From Azolla caroliniana (lineage: Eukaryota > Plantae > Polypodiophyta): a stretch of DNA of 64,000 nt. The DNA is taken from contig JBHGNT010000003.1 in NCBI GenBank assembly GCA_043228905.1, positions 16,740,001-16,804,000 on the forward strand. The letters are read 5' to 3'. The notes below the pieces were generated by a model. That model saw only the letters and a program-made list of their open reading frames with translations. It was not told where the DNA came from and searched no databases. The position numbers were made by a program, and so were the translations under genes. How positions within the stretch are numbered: the first letter of the stretch is position 1; each line of letters opens with the position of its first letter. Below, one piece after another: positions 52,670 through 64,000 of this stretch.

Positions 52670-55600
52670 TATCAAAGTTAATATGCGGAAGCTTTGACAA
52701 ACCGGTTTATCCGGTAAACAATAGAAAACAAAGAAATAAGGAACAATTGGAGCTTAGGATACACATGAGAGACAGAGAGGGCAGAAAGCATAAACTCAAT
52801 TCAAAATAATAACACCCTATACATACAATGTGCTCAGTGAGCACTTTTATACAAGTCCTTAAAAGGACTAACAGAAGTACTGACCAGTACTTCAATGCTC
52901 ATAAGAGTGACTGTCACTAACTCCCAAAAATAGGCCTACGTACTAGGCTAGATTCGTAGGCCTCTAACGGCCTACCGATTACAATCGGATTCGGCTTCTA
53001 GTTCCAGATACCGATCTGGAAATTGATCTGGTTCTTTGTTCTGGACTATGATCCGGCTTTGGCTTATTCAGCCGATCCGGATTCGGTTGATCTTGTCCGC
53101 TCAACACTCCCCCTCAAGCTCAACTTGAGGTCGAATCAAAGTGTCTGCGTCTGTGGTAGTCAGTTTCCCCTAGCATCCTCCTGCCTGGCTCGCATTCCTC
53201 ATCTGGTCTGGTTTGTCTTCCCACAACGTGTCCGGTTTCGTGCATCTTGACCTTCTCGATTGACTTGTCTGCTCAGAAGGCCCATGTTGTTGAGACTTCG
53301 GCGCTTCTCGACCCGTCGATCCCTCCATGTCGATGTCGACTTCAGCTGCCTCCTCGTCTATTTGGCCTTTAGTTGATCCGGCTCATTCGAATCAAAATCC
53401 TTTTCAGAATCGGTTGCCTTTGATTCATTCCAGCTCTTGTCTAAATTGGATGTCTCCAATTCGTCCTCAATCATCAGACCCTTTACCACATCGAACCACG
53501 TCCAGGTCTTGGCCCTCCAATCGAGTCTGTCCTTCTTGACTGTGATGTCATCACCGCTTGTTCCAACTTTATCGGATGTGCCAACTTCTTCAGTCAACTC
53601 GGGCGTCTTTTTCCTTTTCTTGTTTCCACATGCTTTGGTTGTTTCCTTCTTTCCGGCTACTTGTCTGGTGCCTTTGCCTGTTTTCCCGGTTTCCATTCTG
53701 GTTTCCTCCTCCTTTCTCCCCCTCAAGTGCGGCATGTCGAGATGTTTAAGACCAAGCATCTCCGAAAAATGCTGCAACTTGTTAGTTCTTAGGGTCTTGA
53801 TGAAGATGTCGGCAACCTGTTGATCTGTCCGGACATACCGGAGTTCTACTTCACCACTGAGGACCCGCTCGTGCACAAAGTGATAGTGCACTTCGATGTG
53901 CTTCATCCGAGCATGGAACACATGGTTCTTGGCGAGTTGCATGTTGCTCATGTTGTCGTAGTAGATCGGGATCGGAGTTGGGACTTTGATCTAGAGGTCT
54001 TGCAGCAGCCGCCAAAGCTAGATGGCTTCACAAGTGGCAATGGTAGCGCCCTGATACTCAGCCTCAGTGCTCGAAAGAACCACAGTTGGCCGCTTTTTGT
54101 TGCTCCACGCAACAACCACGCTACCCAGAGAGAACATGAATCCGGAAGTAGACCGTCGATCCGACGCTTCTCCGGCCCAATCGACGTCTATATATCCGAC
54201 TAGCTTCTTGGTTATACCATGTCGATATAACAGTCCCCGGTCCTTAATGCCACTAACATACCTCAATATTCGGTGTGCGCACTGAAGGTGCTCCATAGTT
54301 GGTTTCTGCATGAAGTGACTTATCGCTCCGACCAGATACCTAATGTCAGGTCGGGTGATCGTTAAATAAATAAGGCTTCTGACAATTTGTCGGAACCATT
54401 TCTCATCGCAGGCCGGTCCGGAATCAGGACAAAGCTTCAGGTTCCGGTCTAGGGGTGTGGAGACTAGTCGGCAATCCATCATGCCAAACTTGTACAACAT
54501 ATTCAACACATAATGTCGTTGAGATAACAATATGCCGTCGGGGGTATGGATGACCTCGATCCCGAGGAAGTAATGAAGGTCCCCAGGTCCTTCATTTCGA
54601 AGCGTCCGATTTCAGTGAGGCCCAATTCGGCGATGACTAGATCATCTACATATAACAAGATACATATCGGACTCTCCGAACCTTTCCGAATGAATAAAAA
54701 GGAGTCCGACTTGGGGGCCGCAAACCTCATTAGATGCAATCGGTGCATGATCTTCGAATTCCAAGCATGGGGGGCTTGCTTCAGGCCGTAAAGCGACTTC
54801 TTTAGTCGGCACACTGTCGACTTGTTCATCTCCGACTGAAATCCGAGGGGCTGGATCATGTAGACCCGTTCTTCAAGATCACCTTGAAGAAATGCGTTCT
54901 TCATGTCCATTTGGTGAATATACCACCCCCTTGCCACAATAACCTCTAGCACCACACAAACCGTCGTCATCTTTGCTACCGGAGCGAAGATCTCATCTTA
55001 GTCGATTCCGTGGGTCTACGCGTACCCTTTGGCCACTAGCCAGGCCTTATACCGGTTGACCGAACCGTCAACATTATACTTGACCTTGTACACCCACTTG
55101 CAACCAATCGGTTTGCAATGTCGGGGAGGGTAAACCAGGTCCCATGTGTCATTGGCATCAAGTGCCCGCATCTCTTCCTCCATAGCGGGACGCCATTGTG
55201 CGTCTTTTGCCTCTTCTACATAGCTCTTCAACTCAAGCACTTCCGCCACCTTTGTCATGTATGCATAGTGATTCACCATGTACTTGAGTGATTCACCATG
55301 TACTCATTTTACCCATACCATTTGACGGGGTTCTTCTGGCGGGTCGATTGGCACAGTTTCTATTCTGCTGATTTTTTGGCCGACTAGGACTTCTCTTCCT
55401 AAAGTCCGTCTTCAATCAGCCCGGAATCAGATTCACTCCGATCCGACTCGTCTCTGCCGGTGTCATATTCCGGCATCTTCTTCTTCCCCTTCTCTTTGCG
55501 TGTGAACCATCTCCTCGGTTCATTGTGCGGGGAGAGCATGACCGAGTGTCTAGTACTCACCGCCTCTTCATCTGATTGGTCATGCCAACTCAATCGCTCA

Positions 55601-56342
55601 TGCGGCCCACTTAGCCAGAATGAGATCGGACTCTGATCTAGAGTACCGAATTGTCACGGATCATAAGCTCAAGAGACAAGCAAGAAGATAACCAAATGGA
55701 CAAGAAAGAAGATAGTATTAAAGGAAAGACTCCATAACTGGTGTTGTTCACCTTGAATTCCTTTAAGGTGAACTCCTCTATTTATACTACATGGCATGCA
55801 TACTTGTTGCACGCATGTAAATCTACAATAGAGCATGTAGGTATGCATGCATGTGCCAAGTGTAAATACTACAAGGGAGAAACTATGCACATGATGCTAG
55901 CAAAATAATAAGGACCAATTACATACATAACTATGTACTAGATATCTTGGTTAACTCATAATACTAGATTATAACATGGTCGTGTCAAGAGTTCGAATCT
56001 TGACACGAATCCCGTTTCATCTTCTGCCTATATCATTTCAGGCTCATTGGCCTCATCCTCCGGAATTGGGTCGAGTCGGACATTGGAGCCAATAGAGAGT
56101 GCCATGATGTTGACTCATCAAATTCTACATCTCGGCTCACTCGAACTTGTTTTGTTCGGGGATTATAACACGTATACCCCTTTTGCTCATGTGAGTAGCC
56201 GACAAGGATGCACATGTCCGACTTCGGGTCTAGCTTTCTCTGTTGCTCATCCGGCACATGCACATATGCAATGCTACCGAATATCTTAACTTGGTGCCTT
56301 GAATTCGGCTTCCACCCGAAATACAGCTCATGTGTTGCCACC
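52670..56342 (-). mobile_element. Copia-K 3' part (3' LTR 52670-53106, PPT, RH, RT, INT C-terminus), inserted into Copia-J
   Basis: PPT GAGGGGGAG 53107-53115; RT LLYVDDL, KKSLYGLKQ; closely related to Copia-H. Confidence 0.88.
55652..56005 (-). mobile_element. Solo LTR (family E), 354 bp
   Basis: TGTCA...TGACA termini; perfect TSD CGAAT; TATAAATA on minus. Confidence 0.92.
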
Positions 56343-56637
56343 TGTTGAGAATCAAGCTCAACTTGGTCTAGTGTGTGAACTCACCTTGAGAGTGAAGAGA
56401 CACTCCAATGGTCAAGAGTCACCATTATGTCACCACTTTGTATTCTAGCATTTAGTATGAGTCATAGAATCATATTCTATGACACATAACTTATGAGTTT
56501 TCACATTCCCCATGCTCCATGAGGCTTGTAGTTAATGAAGAGAGAGGGTGTCTACATAAAGCACCCTCCTCCCACCTTGTAGCATGTTGAGTCTTTCTCC
56601 TTTGTCAATATACTTTTACCTTGCGTATTCTCTGTGT

Positions 56638-56675
<38 letters not shown>

Positions 56676-59600
56676 CACACACATAACTCACATCTCTTCC
56701 ACTTCACAAGAATCCATCTCTTGATTCTTTACATGGTATCAAAGCAATTTGGTAGCTCGATCTAGCCCATTCGCCTCATCGTGATCGTGTGTTGTACTCT
56801 ACGCCGACGACCAAGAACCGGCTCATAGCTATCGTAGCTTCGCTACATAGCTCGCATTCGAAGAGAGAAGAAGAAGAAGAAGAATCAACATAATGAATAC
56901 TCAAATGGGGAGCGCTCTCCCTACCGAGAAGTTAGATCGAAACAACTTCTCATCTTGGGAGTACAAGATGCACCAATACCTTGTCGGACAAGGCTATTGG
57001 AGCTACATCAAAGGAGTGCATGAAGACCGACCCGCCGAAGCGGCTCCCGGATACACGACATGAGAGCAAGCCGCAAGCCGCGTGATGTATTGTTTGGCGA
57101 CATGTGTTCAGGACCACATGCTCGGTTACATTCGAGAAGCCAAGACGCCGAAGGAAGTGGTAAAATCTACGAAAGATTTTCCGCCAACACGACCGTGAGG
57201 AAGCTTCAACTCTGCCAAGAGTTGAACAACATTCAACAAAGGGACATGTCCATCACGACATACACCTTGAAGATCAAGGAGCTTTGCGACTTGCTCAGCT
57301 CAATAAGCGTAAGTATAGATGATGATGAGATGGTGCAAATATGCCTCGGCGGCCTCGCACCACGGTTCGGCGCGATGTGAACCGCCGTTCTAGCACGGGA
57401 GAAATCTCCCTCCTTCTTCGAGCTCCAATCAATGCTATTGGTCGAAGAAAACCACATGCGTACAAGGAGCAATGAGTCAGAAGGCCACATGCTCTACACG
57501 CACTCTAATGGAGGAAGAGGACGCGGACGAGCAAGAGGCCGATTCGGCCAAGGACAAGGCGGAGGAGGTCTGACCTACAACAACAACTCCCAATTTCGGC
57601 CACAAAACGGAGGCCAACGAGGAACCTTCGCAAGAAGGGGGAGCTTCCACTCCGGCCCGAGCCGTCAAAACGCAACCGAATGCGGATATTGCGGAAAGCT
57701 CGGCCACCACGAAGAAGAGTGCCGAAAGAAGATGCGTGAATCGGCTTCCACAAGCCGACAACTCACGAATTACGCACACAACTCCGACCGTGGCGAAATG
57801 TACGTGCATAACTCTGACTACGAAGATTGTGGCGGAATGTATGCGCACAACTCCGACCGTGGCGGAATGTTCATGATGAAACATAAAGCAAACTCTATGT
57901 CGGCCGCTACCTCAACTAGTGCCTCTGGTCCGGAAGAGGTATGGTTCGTCGATTCCGGTGCCTCGAACCATATGACATCGCATCAAGAATGGTTCCGAGA
58001 ACTTTGAGAGCCAGACTGACCCGGCTATGTCGAAACCGGAGACGACACTACGCACCCGATTCAGCACATTGGCAATGTTCTGTTCAGAAAAGAAGGTAAG
58101 CAAAATTACATTAAAAATGTCTTGCATGTATCAACCATTACGAAGAATTTGGTCTCCGTCGGCCAAATTGTAGAGCAAGGGATGCAAGTTCGATTTAATC
58201 AAGGCGGTTGCTTCATCGAAAAAGAGGGCCGACTCATCGCACGCGGACGAAGAGAGGGATGGATGTTCATTCTCGATTCACGCGAGATGAAATCCGCCAT
58301 GTTTGCGAAAAACACGAAAGCCGACTCCGACATAGAGCTATGGCACAAGCGAATCGGCCACATCAATCTCAACAAACTCAAAGCAATGAAATCGAAAGGA
58401 GTCGTCATTGGACTCCCGACATTCAAAGAGAAGGAGATTGAAGGTGTATGTGAAGCGTGCCAATTCGGCAAGCAACACCGACACCCATTCCCGAAAGAGC
58501 GGAACGTGAGCAAAGGTCTACTCGACGTAGTCCATTCCGACGTATGGGGACCGGCGCAGACGGCTACATTCGGCGGATGCCGATATTACGTGCTCTTCAT
58601 CGACGACTTCTCTAGGCACACTTGGATCTACCCGATGCGGAAAAAGAGCGAACTGTTCGGACACTTCCAAATTTTCAAGAATGAAGTCGAGAAAGCCACG
58701 GGCCGACATGTACGATGCCTTTGATCGGATGGCGGCAAGGAGTACTTCTCGGACGATTTCACGGCGTACCTCCGAAAGGAAGGAATTCGGTGAGAATTCA
58801 CTTGTCGACACACTCCGCAACAAAACGGAGTAGCCGAGCGCAAAAATCGGCACATCCTCGAAGTAGCGCGGGCCATGATGAACGAGAAGCATATGCCCAA
58901 GTCATATTGGGCCGAAGCTGCAAATACGGTCGTCTACCTAATGAACCGGTGCACAACATCCGGCGTGCACGAGGTCACTCCGCACGAAAAATTCTTCGGA
59001 AAGAAGCCGAACCTATCACATGCTCGGATATTCGGCTCCATTGCGTACGTGCACATCCCCGACGAGAAGCGTCAAAAGCTCGACCCGAAGTCGGAGAAAT
59101 GTATCCTCATTGGATACTCACTGGAGCAAAAGGGGTACAAGTGCTACAACCCCTCAACTCGAAAATCTTGAGTAAGTCGAGACGTCGTTTTTGACGAGTC
59201 CGCATCCTGGTACGCACTAGAGACAACTCCAACTCCGACTCCGCTTGACCCGGAATTCGCCGAACAAGAGATCGAGGATGAAGATTGCCTTATGCGCATA
59301 TTCGAAGAAAGTCCGATCACGACCCGATTGGGCGGACCACAAGAACCTTTGAGCGATCAAAGCACATCACGGCCTAGCCCGAAGATGGACAAAGGCAAGG
59401 CGAAAATGTCGGAATACGAAGATGATCGCTTCAACGACGATGAGTCGACTCACTCACTCAACAGTGAGTTCGGTGGTTTCGAGGTACCAATCGGAGCCAA
59501 GAAAGCCCTCATCTCTGCAAATGAAAAGCTCCGCCGATCCACTCGTGAAAAGAACCCCGTAAGCCGATTCGGCTACAACGATTATATGGCGTACCATTAC

Positions 59601-60001
59601 GCCTTTATAATGAAGGTAGTGACAGTACGGGAGCTGGAAACCTTTTCGGAAGGCGTGAAGGACCCGCGATGGATTGAAGCAATGAACGAGGAAATGTAGG
59701 CACTACGGAAGAACGAGACGTGGGATCTCGTTCCCACCTCACCACACAAAAAGGCGATCGGATGCAGATGGATCTACAAGGTGAAGTATAACGCCGATGG
59801 CTCTGTGAACCGCTACAAAGCTTGACTCATAGCGAAAGGATACGCTCAGACGCATGGCATCGACTACAAAGAGACCTTTGCCCCGGTGGCAAAGATGACG
59901 ATGGTGCGGACCGTAATTGCGATTGCCGTGGCGAAAGGGTGGCACCTCCATGAAATGGACGTCAAGAACGCCTTTCTACAAGGCGAATTAGAAGAGGAGG
60001 T
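56343..60001 (+). mobile_element. Copia-L 5' part inserted into Copia-K
   Basis: LTR 56343-56733; PBS TGGTATCAAAGC 56734-56745; coding region interrupted at [14 protein letters not shown] by Gypsy-G. Confidence 0.92.
56893..60001 (+). pseudogene. Copia-L gag-PR-INT-RT
   Basis: EKLDRNNFSSWEYKM, CGYCGKLGHHEEEC, WFVDSGASNHM, HSDVWGP; several stops. Confidence 0.92.
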
Positions 60002-63000
60002 TGTTACCGGCCGGGAAAGGAGTCCAGAGTGGGAAACGGAGAGCTAATTAAGTAGTAGGAATGTGGTTGTAATTAAGCTATGAGTGTGGACGGACGGACC
60101 GGAATCGGTATGCCGTTCCGGATCCGGACCGATCCCGAACAGGTGCGGATGGCACCGTTTTGTAATACAGACCGGAAACCTATTTAAAGGCCCGTATACA
60201 ATGTAATAGTTAGCGGTTAATTAATGAAAGCTTAAGCGTTGTTATATCTCTGTGTGTTAATTGTCGTTCTGTCTTAATTGTTATATCTTACGCGTGTTAT
60301 GAAGACGATCCTAATAAGCAACTTAACTAAGTCGGATTAAGCGTTGAAGTCTAATCCGGTTGCCGTAACACCCTTTGGTGAAGTGTCTCGCGTAGACACC
60401 CTGTGTGAGGTCATTGTCCGGCCCGAAGAGTTAACACACCTTTTGGCGACCACTAAGGCGACCCCCTTTTGGAGACAGAGTCGAAGAATGATACGCTGCG
60501 AAGAATGATGCAACCCTCATCAACGCGAAATCAAATCGACAATGTGTGAGAACTGGTGGAAATGTAAGAAAGAACGATGGCGCGATAACTATTCACTGCA
60601 GAATTAGGCAAGAAAAGCGGCAAATGATGGCAATGATGTGCGGCAATGCAAGCCATAGCGACTAAGTGCAAGAAATGGCGAAAATATGCAAATGACGGTG
60701 ACAATGTTCAGCAAAAGTATGTGCGAGTGAAGCGGAAAATGACATGTTCTCTACTGCACGATTTTGCTGCTATCAACGGTATTTTGAGTGTGTTTTGTTG
60801 GTTAGGTTGGGTCTATTTGGCTTGAATCTAATCGCAAAAGAAAAGATAAAGATAAGAGCATGATGGCACTGTCTGGAAGAAGTGGATGAAGACGAAGAGA
60901 CATACAAACACAACAGAAAAGACAAGCGCCATACAGGATAATGATGAACAAAAATCAAGACGGCCAGACAAACGAACCGATAAAGATGGCATTGGAGACG
61001 ATTGGAGATGATGATGGAGCCGGAAGATAGGCCGGACAATGGCTAGAGTGGCAACTAACGGATAACCGATGAAGCCAGATACCAGAACCACTGAAAGGAG
61101 AGGTTGAACACTGACGATGACTGCTAGAGACTAGCCTGAGCAGTGGCCGAACAACAACGAGCGGCAACCGAACAAGGCCATACGACGAAGACAAAGGACA
61201 AAGAAATACACGAAATAGCCAAATAGAGATTATCGAAGGGCCGGAAAGAAAGTGATGGTCGGGCCGAACAGAAAGCCAGACGAGCCGAATGGACAAGTAC
61301 TAGACAACTGACGACCGGATAGACGACGAGAGGATGACCGGAACGGACGGACACGCCGGACAAGGCGACGGACGAGCGGCCAAAAAGTAGCAACAGCGGA
61401 CTATGGCCGTACAGAGATAGCAACGGAGCCGGAGACACAGAGGCGGACTCAAACGGATGGGAACCGACAGAGACGGTGATAGAGTCCGCAACAGAGGCAG
61501 CCGGACAACAGCCGACACAATGATGGAAAAGGCCGGTGAGGCCGAAAGGGCGCGACCACACCGATTGTCGGACAGTGGACGAGACGGCCGGGACGACTGA
61601 CCGAACGCACGGTCGAAAGAGGAGGACGACAACCGAACACCGACAGAGACGGAGGAGAGGCCGGAGAGCGACCTAAGAGCGGTCGTAGTGGCCGAACGGA
61701 GGCGGCTGGACAAGGACGACATCAGTGGTCGGAGATGGCCCCGGCAGGAGATGGAGACGGACGAGCGACCAAAGAGTGGCCGAGGAACTGCCGAAGCGGC
61801 CGTAATAGCCAAACAGTGGCCCGAGTGGCCAAACGGGCTGGACAGACGACCAACCACGACAACCAAAACAAAGACAACACAGAGAAGAAAGAGGTAGACA
61901 TGCAGAAAATAAGAAGAAGAGAGAAGAGAAATGCAAGGAAGAAAAAGAACAGTGAAGGAAGAAAAAGATGTCATGGAAGAAGAGAAAGACACCAAAAACC
62001 ACAGACAGACAAAGAAGCAACCGGGAGAGACAGAGAAGTAGAAATGAAGAAAGAGAAGAGAAGGAGACACAAATGGACCAACAGACAGAAGAAGAGAAAA
62101 AATGAAGAAAGAGAGGAAGACAAAACAGAAAGGAAAAAGGAAAAGACAAAGACAAGGGCAACAAATTTCAAAACCTTGAGGGTACCCATTGCAAATTCAA
62201 AAGTTCGAGGGTATATATTAGAGTTTCAATAACCAAAGGGCAACGAGGCAATTTCGAAAACTCATCTACCTAAAAGAAATGGACGTGATCCACACACAAC
62301 TCACAAGATACAAAGAAGAACACACATACATACAACGTCTATTTAACGACCCGAATGATGTTACCAAAGTTCATAAGCCGACAGAACGATAAGGTTCGTG
62401 TCGCGGAAGATTCGTTGACCGACAAAGATGTTTGAGTCAAGCACTCTGATCGAGGGAGTCGATCGTTGAAAGGATCGATGGAAGTTCCGGTCGAAGAAAT
62501 ATCATCATCAAAGCATGTGGGATCGACATGCAAGGCACTTTCCCACGGGCGTGCCATATTGTGTTACCCCGTACGAGATGTACGGAGAGTCAAGTGTGAT
62601 GATCGAGGGTCGAATGTTATCATGATGTTGTTGTGTATGTGTAGGAGGCATAAATGTAATTGTGAGTCGATACGTATGTGAACACATGCACACGTGTGTG
62701 CATGTGGATGGATACGAGGAGGTGTGAATGAGTGTCCAGTATGAATGCTCGAGGGGGCCTACACCCCTATGTATCTACCCCCTCTTGTACTATTTAACCC
62801 CTTATGGGGAATGAATGAAACATGAATGAACATTTTCTCTCTAATCTCTCTCTCTTTGACACCTTTTCTCTTCTCTCTCCCTCTCTCACATTGAACCCCC
62901 CTTGGGAGGGGGGTGGAGCCATTCTAGGCACCACCCCCCACCCCGCAATGCTTCTCTATATGATCTCTCTCACCATCATACTCTCCATCACCATGTCTAT

Positions 63001-63087
63001 CTTCATTACCAATCATCATAGTTATCATTCATCATCGTCGTCGTCCTTAACCCTAACCCTAAAACGTACAACACCTTTTGGCGACCA

Positions 63088-63493
63088 GGAACAACAGTTG
63101 GCCAGCATCCTACATTTAGAATTGGAGCAACGGCGACGGAAAGCATTCGTCGACCGGCACAGGAAAGGTAACGAAAAAATGTTCGCAATCGGCAAACCAG
63201 TGTTAGTATTCCAAACCCGGATGGGCAAGATGCCAGGTAAACTAAGGTTTAGATGGACTGGACCATATTGGCTAACACGGGAGTATAATGGGTCCTACCA
63301 GTTGGGGACACTTGCCGGCGAAGTGCTGGGCAAATGGGTCAACGGATTCCGGTTAAAGGCATATAGAGGACCGATGCCTAAGAACCCATTTGAGCAAAGG
63401 ACCGACTTCAACCACCAAGACGGCAGAGACGGCAAGCCGGGAACCGGAGAGAATGAGGCCGGTAAGGGTCCGGGAGGACCAACGGACATGTGA
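63088..63493 (+). pseudogene. Integrase C-terminal (GPY) fragment
   Basis: KAFVDRHR...VLVFQTRMGKMPGKLRFRWTGPYW...VNGFRLK, homologous to 18860-19165. Confidence 0.88.
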
Positions 63494-63893
63494 CGTCACA
63501 CTAATAATAATAATAACTAAAAGAAAAAAAGAAAAAAAAAGAAAAAAAAGAAAAGAAAAAACAATCATGCAAAAGCGAGGAATGAATGGATGAAAGAGCG
63601 TGGAGCGAAAAGGTACATCGTGGGCATTTAAAGCGCCACCATAGGACATAATGCTATTTTAAGTACGCGACATGCACAAATTCGAAAAAGGCGCCAGAAT
63701 GCACAAACAAAAACCATTGCACGTAGAGACCCTCTACTTTCGCGAACCCAGGAGCACAGAAGCACCGAAACGTTGCAAGATCATCAGACGAGAACCTGCG
63801 CACAGAGAATCCCCGCCTTCTGAACTCTCTCTTTCTCAACCCCGCTCTCATCACCATCCATCCTCGTCACCGCAATCCGACACCGACACAGAG

Positions 63894-64000
63894 ATGGACC
63901 CGCAAACGCTATCGGAAGCCGCCAAGACATGGCTGAAGCAACACGGGCTCGAGGGCTTCTTGATGATGATGGAAGTACCGCCACACAAAGAAGCCGACAA
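63894..64000 (+). CDS. Start of the extra ORF of Gypsy-G (partial)
   Basis: MDPQTLSEAAKTWLKQHGLEGFLMMMEVPPHKEA aligns with MPIFISTALRRWLVEKRLDGYIRVAEAPPHPDA at 19510. Confidence 0.7.
   Translation, partial: MDPQTLSEAAKTWLKQHGLEGFLMMMEVPPHKEAD

Larger units (their letters stand above)
60002..64000 (+). mobile_element. Gypsy-G, internally deleted relative of Gypsy-F, runs off the window
   Basis: LTR TGTTA...TAACA 60002-60436; PBS TGGCGACCACT (tRNA-Arg type) at 60444; long purine-rich noncoding leader; only the integrase C-terminus (63088-63493) and the start of the extra ORF remain. Confidence 0.82.

Noticed and set aside
60362-60380. Alternative Gypsy-G LTR end (GCCGTAACA-CCCTT-TGGTGAAG)
   Set aside because: The following sequence is a poor tRNA match compared with TGGCGACCAC at 60444; cannot be settled without the 3' LTR.
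60773-62232. Hydrophobic or Ser-rich ORFs on minus (e.g. 61300-62070) as an env-like or antisense protein
   Set aside because: Explained by the extreme purine bias of the plus strand; several overlapping frames are open and no motif is recognisable.
62822-63493. 223-aa ORF as a membrane-anchored host protein
   Set aside because: Chance read-through from low-complexity LTR-like sequence into an integrase fragment.

Overview
Eukaryotic, plant-type repeat-dense DNA, inferred to be from a non-seed plant such as a fern or moss (self-priming chromovirus, Trp-primed Gypsy, TTTAGGG motifs). No convincing host gene is present. The window is a deep nest of LTR retrotransposons that can be reconstructed from LTR termini, PBS/PPT sites and TSDs: about 7 Copia elements, at least 6 Gypsy families and several solo LTRs. 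It also holds a MULE transposase, a LINE endonuclease fragment and a hAT-type non-autonomous element. Letters A-L and X are my own labels. Most notable: (1) a non-chromovirus Gypsy (13349-22765) has a second, inverted tRNA-Arg PBS where the polypurine tract should be, suggesting tRNA priming of both strands; (2) tRNA-like A-box/B-box cassettes sit divergently upstream of the TATA box in the LTRs of several different families; (3) an LTR of one family and a full element of another are joined U5-to-U5 through untrimmed PBS-side ends and flanked by one TSD; (4) a chromovirus shows Tf1-like self-priming; (5) a non-autonomous chromovirus with TA-ending LTRs appears to have been inserted without integrase. 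All counts and alignments were done by eye.
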